Assembly: GCA_046484865.1 (NCBI GenBank)
Contig: JAWOID010000096.1
Coordinates: 1 to 21,305 of the forward strand
Reading direction: 5' to 3'
DNA length: 21,305 nt
Source of the DNA: Candidatus Krumholzibacteriia bacterium
GTDB lineage: Bacteria; Krumholzibacteriota; Krumholzibacteriia; LZORAL124-64-63
This document shows positions 16,520-21,305 of the stretch, piece by piece. Position 1 is the stretch's first letter, and each line of letters starts with the position of its first letter. Below the pieces are notes generated by a model. It saw only the letters and a program-made list of their open reading frames with translations, was not told where the DNA came from and did not search any database. A program made the translations under genes and the position numbers.

Positions 16520-16910
16520 CTTATTCGTTCGGTGGCTGCTTCGCCGGTAGGGTGCCGTCCATGCCCTTTGGCCGATGTACGGCGCACCGCCACTTCCACG
16601 GGCTGCGAAGCACACTGGCGCTCCTCGACCGAGTGGCTGCGCGCCGGTAACTCCCACCATTCCACCACCAAAACACGCTAAGTTGTAATTTACCAACAGA
16701 TACAGCCAGATTCCCCGGGGGTACCCGACCAGCGATCAGACGGCCAAGTTCTCATCTGCTTTCAGAACCCATCCCTGCAACGGACATGCCCGCAGCGGCT
16801 CGGCCTCGACATCCCCCGCGGATAGGGCGCGCCCCCAAGGTCCGGCTGGCCGAGACGGTCTAACCTGATCCTGAAATCGTCTGGCGCAAGGAACAACCAA
16901 GGAGAACGCG

Positions 16911-18857
16911 ATGGCGGGACGGGCAGGACGGCGATCGTCCGGCGCCATGACGCGACGCGACTTTCTCGCGACCACCGGTTCCGCAGCCCTGGCGGGATAC
17001 CTCGCGCTGAACCGGCCGGTCTGGGCGGCACCTTCCGACCTGGATCGCGCCGGCGGCTTCGGTGAGCTGAACGCCTCCGTTCTCGGCGGCATCGATCTCG
17101 ACATCGAACGCCGCGAACTGCTGGTGGGGGGCAAGCCCGGGCGCGCCATCACGATCAACGGCACCATCCCGGGACCGGTCATCCGGATGCAGGAGGGTGC
17201 CGATGCGTTGATCCGCGTCCACAACCGCCTGTCCGAGAGCACGTCGATCCACTGGCACGGCATCCTGGTGCCGTTCAACATGGACGGCGTGCCCGGCGTC
17301 AGCTTCCCCGGCATTCCGCCAGGCGAGAGCTTCACCTACAGGTTTCAACTGAAACAGAACGGCACTTACTGGTACCACAGCCATACCGGCCTGCAGGAAC
17401 AGCTCGGGCATTACGGTCAGCTGATCGTCGCTCCGGCCGGTCCCGATCCCGTCGCCTACGACGTGGAGCATTCCATCGTCCTGTCCGACTGGACCTTCGA
17501 GGACCCCCACACCGTGCTCTGGAAGCTCAAGACCATGGAGGGTTACTACAACTTCCAGCGCCCGACCCTGGTCAACCTCGACAACCAGATGAGAGCCACG
17601 GACAAGTCGCTGCTCCAGGTGATCGGCACGCGGCTGAAGTGGGATCGGATGCGGATGGATCCCACCGACATCGCCGACGTCACCGGCGCCACCTACACCT
17701 TCCTGATGAACGGCAGGTCGGCCGAGGAGAATCCCACGTTCCTGGCCCGTCCCGGCCAGCGCGTACGGCTGCGCCTGGTCAATGCCTCGACGATGACCTT
17801 CTACGACGTGCGCATCCCCGGCCTGCCCATGACGGTGGTGCAGGCCGACGGGCAGAACATCGAACCGGTGGAGACCGACGAGTTGCGCATCGCCGTCGCC
17901 GAGACCTACGACGTGCTCGTCACGCTGCCCGCAGATCGGGCCTACACCCTCTTCGCCGAGACCATGGACCGCAGCGGCTACGCCCGCGGCACGCTGGCGC
18001 CGCGCGAGGGGATGTCCGCGACCGTACCCCCGCGACGCCGGCGCCCCATGCTCACCATGGCCGACATGGGGATGATGCATGCGGGCATGAACGGCCATGG
18101 GTCCGGCGACGGCCCCGGTGGCGAGCAGGGCGGCGAGCACAGCGACATGAACGGCGGCGAGCACGGCGACATGCAGGGCGGCGCGCAGGCCGACATGCAT
18201 GGCGGCGAGCACGGCGACGACGGCATGGGCGCACGGCGTCGACCGGAAGGCAGCGCCGTGCACGCCGGAGGCGAGTTGCCCACGGAGAACCTCCCCGACC
18301 GCGTGGAGCACGGCCCGGAGGGTCACGGCCCCGCCAGCATCACGATGGTCCAGACCGCCTATCGCCGGCTGGACGAGCCCGGGCTGGGGCTCGGCGAGGA
18401 CGGCTGGCGCGTGCTGACCTACCAGCAGCTCCGGGCCCGGGAACGTCCCCCCGGCCGCCGTCCACCCACGCGGCAGTTCGACCTGCATCTGACCGGCAAC
18501 ATGCACCGCTTCGTCTGGGGCTTCGACGGCAAGAAGTGGTCCGAGTCGGACCTGATCCGCTTCCAGTACGGCGAGCGGCTGCGCATCAACATGATCAACG
18601 ACACGATGATGAGCCATCCCATCCACCTGCATGGCATGTGGATGGACCTGTACGCCGGCGGGAACCTCGATGACAACCCGCGCAAGCATACCGTCAACGT
18701 CCAGCCGGCCGAGCTCCTCACGGTGGACATCACCGCCGACGCACCGGGGCAGTGGGCCTTCCATTGCCACCTGCTGTACCACATGGAGGCGGGCATGTTC
18801 CGCACGGTCGCGGTGGTCCGCTCGCTCGAGGGAGGCCCGATCCATGCCCAGAGTTGA
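16911..18857 (+). CDS. copA: Copper-resistance multicopper oxidase (CopA/PcoA family), Tat-exported
   Basis: SD AAGGAG; twin-arginine TRRDFL. Cu motifs HWHG, WYHSH, HPIHLHG, HCHLLYHMEAGM. Met/His-rich linker. Confidence 0.96.
   Translation: MAGRAGRRSSGAMTRRDFLATTGSAALAGYLALNRPVWAAPSDLDRAGGFGELNASVLGGIDLDIERRELLVGGKPGRAITINGTIPGPVIRMQEGADALIRVHNRLSESTSIHWHGILVPFNMDGVPGVSFPGIPPGESFTYRFQLKQNGTYWYHSHTGLQEQLGHYGQLIVAPAGPDPVAYDVEHSIVLSDWTFEDPHTVLWKLKTMEGYYNFQRPTLVNLDNQMRATDKSLLQVIGTRLKWDRMRMDPTDIADVTGATYTFLMNGRSAEENPTFLARPGQRVRLRLVNASTMTFYDVRIPGLPMTVVQADGQNIEPVETDELRIAVAETYDVLVTLPADRAYTLFAETMDRSGYARGTLAPREGMSATVPPRRRRPMLTMADMGMMHAGMNGHGSGDGPGGEQGGEHSDMNGGEHGDMQGGAQADMHGGEHGDDGMGARRRPEGSAVHAGGELPTENLPDRVEHGPEGHGPASITMVQTAYRRLDEPGLGLGEDGWRVLTYQQLRARERPPGRRPPTRQFDLHLTGNMHRFVWGFDGKKWSESDLIRFQYGERLRINMINDTMMSHPIHLHGMWMDLYAGGNLDDNPRKHTVNVQPAELLTVDITADAPGQWAFHCHLLYHMEAGMFRTVAVVRSLEGGPIHAQS
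18129..18224 (+). repeat. 4 x 24-bp repeat in the CopA His/Met-rich linker
   Basis: GGEHSDMN / GGEHGDMQ / GGAQADMH / GGEHGDDG. Confidence 0.85.
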
Positions 18858-19755
18858 CGGCCGCCTGCTGGCGCTGACCGTCGCGACGGTGCTGTTCACC
18901 GGACCGGTGCTGGCCCAGGACCAGCCGGAGACGCCCACCACGGCGGAGCGTCCCAGGCATCAGGATTCCGCCCGGCAGGCGGACGGCGATGCGCCCGCGC
19001 CGTCGATGTCGCCCCTGCTTCCCGATGGCATGACCCTCGACGAGGTCCTCGATCTCGCCGCCGCTCCGCCCCCCGCCCATTTCCCGGACCCCGTTCCCGA
19101 TGATCAGATCTACCGTTTCACCCTCGTCGAGCAGCTCGCCTACCGCTTCGGCTCCGGCGAGAGCCGCGACCATCTGGGCTGGGAGGCCCAGGGCTGGTTG
19201 GGCGGCGACTTCAACCGGTTCTGGTGGAAGACCGAAGGCGAGGCGGTGTTCGAGGGTCAGGACGCCGGCGAGACGGAGACCGACCTGCTCTACGCGCGTC
19301 TGGTCACGCCGTTCTGGAACCTCCAGTTCGGCGTCCAGTATGCCAACGAGTGGCGTGCCGGCGACTATGACGACCGCTGGTCCGGAGTCGTCGGGGTGCA
19401 GGGTATGGCACCCTTCCTGTTCGAGCTGGACACCTCGCTGTACGTCTCCACCGACGCCGACGTGACCCTCGCGCTGGAGGTCGAGTACGACCTGCGGCTC
19501 ACCCAGCGCCTGGTCCTGCAGCCGCGCACCGAGCTGGGCCTCGCCGCCCAGGACATCCCCGAGCGCGAACTCGGCGCCGGGCCGACCGACATCGCCCTCG
19601 ACCTGCGCCTGCGCCACGAGATCAAGCGCGAGTTCGCCCCCTACGTGGGCCTCAGCTACCGGCTCCTCCTGGGTGAGACCGGCAACATCGCCGAGGCCGA
19701 GGGGCGGGACACGTCCGAGCTGTACTACCTGGCGGGGCTGCGCTTCGCGTTCTGA
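18844..19755 (+). CDS. copB: Copper resistance protein B (CopB/PcoB outer-membrane protein)
   Basis: SD GGAGG, signal peptide, WEAQGWLGGDFNRFWWKTEGE, EYDLRLTQRLVLQPR, LRLRHEIKREFAPYVG, C-terminal F. Overlaps the copA stop. Confidence 0.94.
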   Translation: MPRVDGRLLALTVATVLFTGPVLAQDQPETPTTAERPRHQDSARQADGDAPAPSMSPLLPDGMTLDEVLDLAAAPPPAHFPDPVPDDQIYRFTLVEQLAYRFGSGESRDHLGWEAQGWLGGDFNRFWWKTEGEAVFEGQDAGETETDLLYARLVTPFWNLQFGVQYANEWRAGDYDDRWSGVVGVQGMAPFLFELDTSLYVSTDADVTLALEVEYDLRLTQRLVLQPRTELGLAAQDIPERELGAGPTDIALDLRLRHEIKREFAPYVGLSYRLLLGETGNIAEAEGRDTSELYYLAGLRFAF

Positions 19756-19845
19756 CCCGCCGCGTCGAGAGGCCACGCTCGCGCGACGCGCGTCAGGCGA
19801 GGCTCGAACGGCAGGTCCGGCACGATACCGGCGGCGATATCCCGA

Positions 19846-21063
19846 TCACCCGCGCGTGCGCCGCACCAGCAGGAGCGTGCGATCGTCGTGGGGAGAGGCG
19901 CCGGCGGTGTGCTCGTCGATGCTGGCCTTCAAACAGCGGGCCAGATCGGGCAGCGGCCGGTCGCGGTTGTCCAGGCAGCAGCGGGTGAGGCGTTCCCGGC
20001 CGAACTCGTCGTCCGCCGGATCGCAGGCCTCGGTGAAGCCGTCGGTGTAGACCACCACGCACTCGCCGGGCGCGAGCACGACCTCCGCCGCCGAGTATGC
20101 CACATCGGGGATGAGACCCAGCGGGACACCGGTGCTGTTCAGTTCCTCGACGCCGCCGCCGTCGCGCAGCAGCAGCGCCGGGTCGTGGCCCGCCGAAGCG
20201 TAGCGGAGGCGCCCGGCGGCCAGGTCGAGGAAGCCGACGAACACCGTGGCGAAGTGCTCCACGGGCGTCTTGCGCCGGAGCTGTTCCGACGCCCAGGTGA
20301 GGATCTCGGCCGGGTCGTCGCCGCGTTCGAGTTGCACCGCCAGCAGGGCGTCGAGGGTCGCGGTCACGAGTGCGGCGCCGATCCCCTTGCCGGAAACGTC
20401 GGCCACGAGCAGGGCGAGACGACCGTCCGGCCGCTCCAAGACCTGGTAATAATCGCCGGACACGCCCTCGCAGGGTTCGTTGCTGGCGAACAGGTCCACC
20501 CCGGACAGCGTGGGCAGGACCGACGGCAGCAGCGCCTCCTGGACGCGCCGGGCGAGGGCGACTTCCCGCTCGAGCCGCCGCCGCTCGGCGGCCTCTCCGG
20601 CCAGGTCCAGGTTGCGGATCCGCAGGGCCGCCGCCGCTGCCAGCGGCACCAGCAGCTCCAGGTCGCGAGGGGTGAACAGCCGATTCGCGACGGTCGATGC
20701 CAGCGCCACCATGCCCAGCGACCCGTCCGGCGTGAGCAGGGGAGCCGCCACCAGGCTGCGCAGACCGGCGCCGATGACGCTTTCGGCGGCCGCGAAGCGG
20801 GCGTCGGTGGCCAGATCCGAGACGACGGCGGCCTGCCCCTGGACGGCCACCGTTTCGAGCAGGCTGCGGGAGTCGGGGAACTCGGCCTCGGTGCCCACGT
20901 CGGTGCGGCTGGCCGCCCGTCGCCACCCGTCGCCGTCGCGCAGGAAGATCACGCCGTGCTGCGGGCGCAAGTACCGGAACATGCGATCGAGGATCAGATC
21001 GAGCAGTTCTGCCACCGTTCCCGGGCGCGAGAGGGCGGCGTGCACCTCGTTGACGATCCGCAT
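19846..21063 (-). CDS. GAF + SpoIIE/PP2C (RsbU-like) serine phosphatase; intact part downstream of an in-frame stop
   Basis: GAF (SLVAAPL...FTPRDLELL), EVALARRVQEALLP, VSGDYY, VADVSGKG, YASAGH, YTDGFTEA, DDRT. Confidence 0.9.
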   Translation of the reverse strand: MRIVNEVHAALSRPGTVAELLDLILDRMFRYLRPQHGVIFLRDGDGWRRAASRTDVGTEAEFPDSRSLLETVAVQGQAAVVSDLATDARFAAAESVIGAGLRSLVAAPLLTPDGSLGMVALASTVANRLFTPRDLELLVPLAAAAALRIRNLDLAGEAAERRRLEREVALARRVQEALLPSVLPTLSGVDLFASNEPCEGVSGDYYQVLERPDGRLALLVADVSGKGIGAALVTATLDALLAVQLERGDDPAEILTWASEQLRRKTPVEHFATVFVGFLDLAAGRLRYASAGHDPALLLRDGGGVEELNSTGVPLGLIPDVAYSAAEVVLAPGECVVVYTDGFTEACDPADDEFGRERLTRCCLDNRDRPLPDLARCLKASIDEHTAGASPHDDRTLLLVRRTRG

Positions 21064-21305
21064 CCGGTCGGCGTACCGGGCGATTCCGTCCGGCTCGCCG
21101 TTCAGGCCCGCGCTGCTGCCGCGACCCTACTCGAGGATCTCCGAGGCGCAGAGCAGCACACTGTCGAGCGGCTCCCGGCGGGCCGGCGCCGGCCCGGGGA
21201 CCACCAGCAGGCGCACGACGTCGCTCCCGAGCACGATGACGTCGCCGTCGGCGATCGCCTGCGGCCGCGCGATCCGGCTGCCGTTCACGAAGGTGCCGTT
21301 GCTGG
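21064..21305 (-). pseudogene. FHA-domain 5' part of the same phosphatase gene, separated by in-frame TAG (partial at window edge)
   Basis: Same frame reads SNGTFVNGSRI...IADGDVIVLG (FHA C-terminal motif)...SEILE-TAG(21129-21127)-GRGSS...YADR-MRIVNEV. Confidence 0.75.

Larger units (their letters stand above)
11911..16725. mobile_element. tRNA-Arg-anchored genomic island (integrase-less relic, defence-type cargo)
   Basis: CCGGGGGTACC at the tRNA 3' end (11911-11921) recurs at 16715-16725. Enclosed genes use visibly more A/T-ending codons. Cargo is MTase/nuclease-type genes, with an AT-rich stretch just inside the right repeat. Confidence 0.7.

Noticed and set aside
16860..18941. Long antisense and alternative-frame ORFs (e.g. 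693 aa opposite copA, 520 aa opposite DUF512, 496 aa opposite der, 708-aa extension of pcm)
   Set aside because: Shadow ORFs expected in high-GC DNA; they overlap well-supported genes and lack motifs.
19753..19797. Terminator between copB and the phosphatase gene
   Set aside because: Imperfect GC-rich inverted repeat with no U-tract on either strand.
21127..21129. Pyrrolysine or genome-wide TAG recoding
   Set aside because: TAG terminates several conserved genes at their expected ends, and no pyl genes are present in the window.

Overview
High-GC bacterial chromosomal segment. The core backbone runs DUF512 radical-SAM, der, plsY, gpsA, MerR, tRNA-Pro(GGG), GT2, surE, pcm, COG2426 membrane protein, tRNA-Pro(CGG), LysM/M23, apt, tRNA-Arg(CCU). 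At the left edge is a divergent XRE + ImmA/IrrE metallopeptidase pair. A ~4.8 kb island of visibly different composition is inserted at tRNA-Arg (about 11911-16725, bounded by the direct repeat CCGGGGGTACC). It has no intact integrase and carries a sigma70 region-4 fragment, a small leaderless ORF, a DNA methyltransferase-Mrr-like nuclease fusion, a HEPN-motif protein, a possible PD-(D/E)xK-like protein and a DUF3800 gene. The most notable signal is a ~60-nt structured RNA with its own near-consensus sigma70 promoter, transcribed convergently toward the DUF3800 stop codon, which suggests a protein-ncRNA module. The right part holds copA/copB copper-resistance genes and an FHA-GAF-PP2C phosphatase gene interrupted by an in-frame TAG. 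All calls come from motif recognition by eye; no database searches were run.
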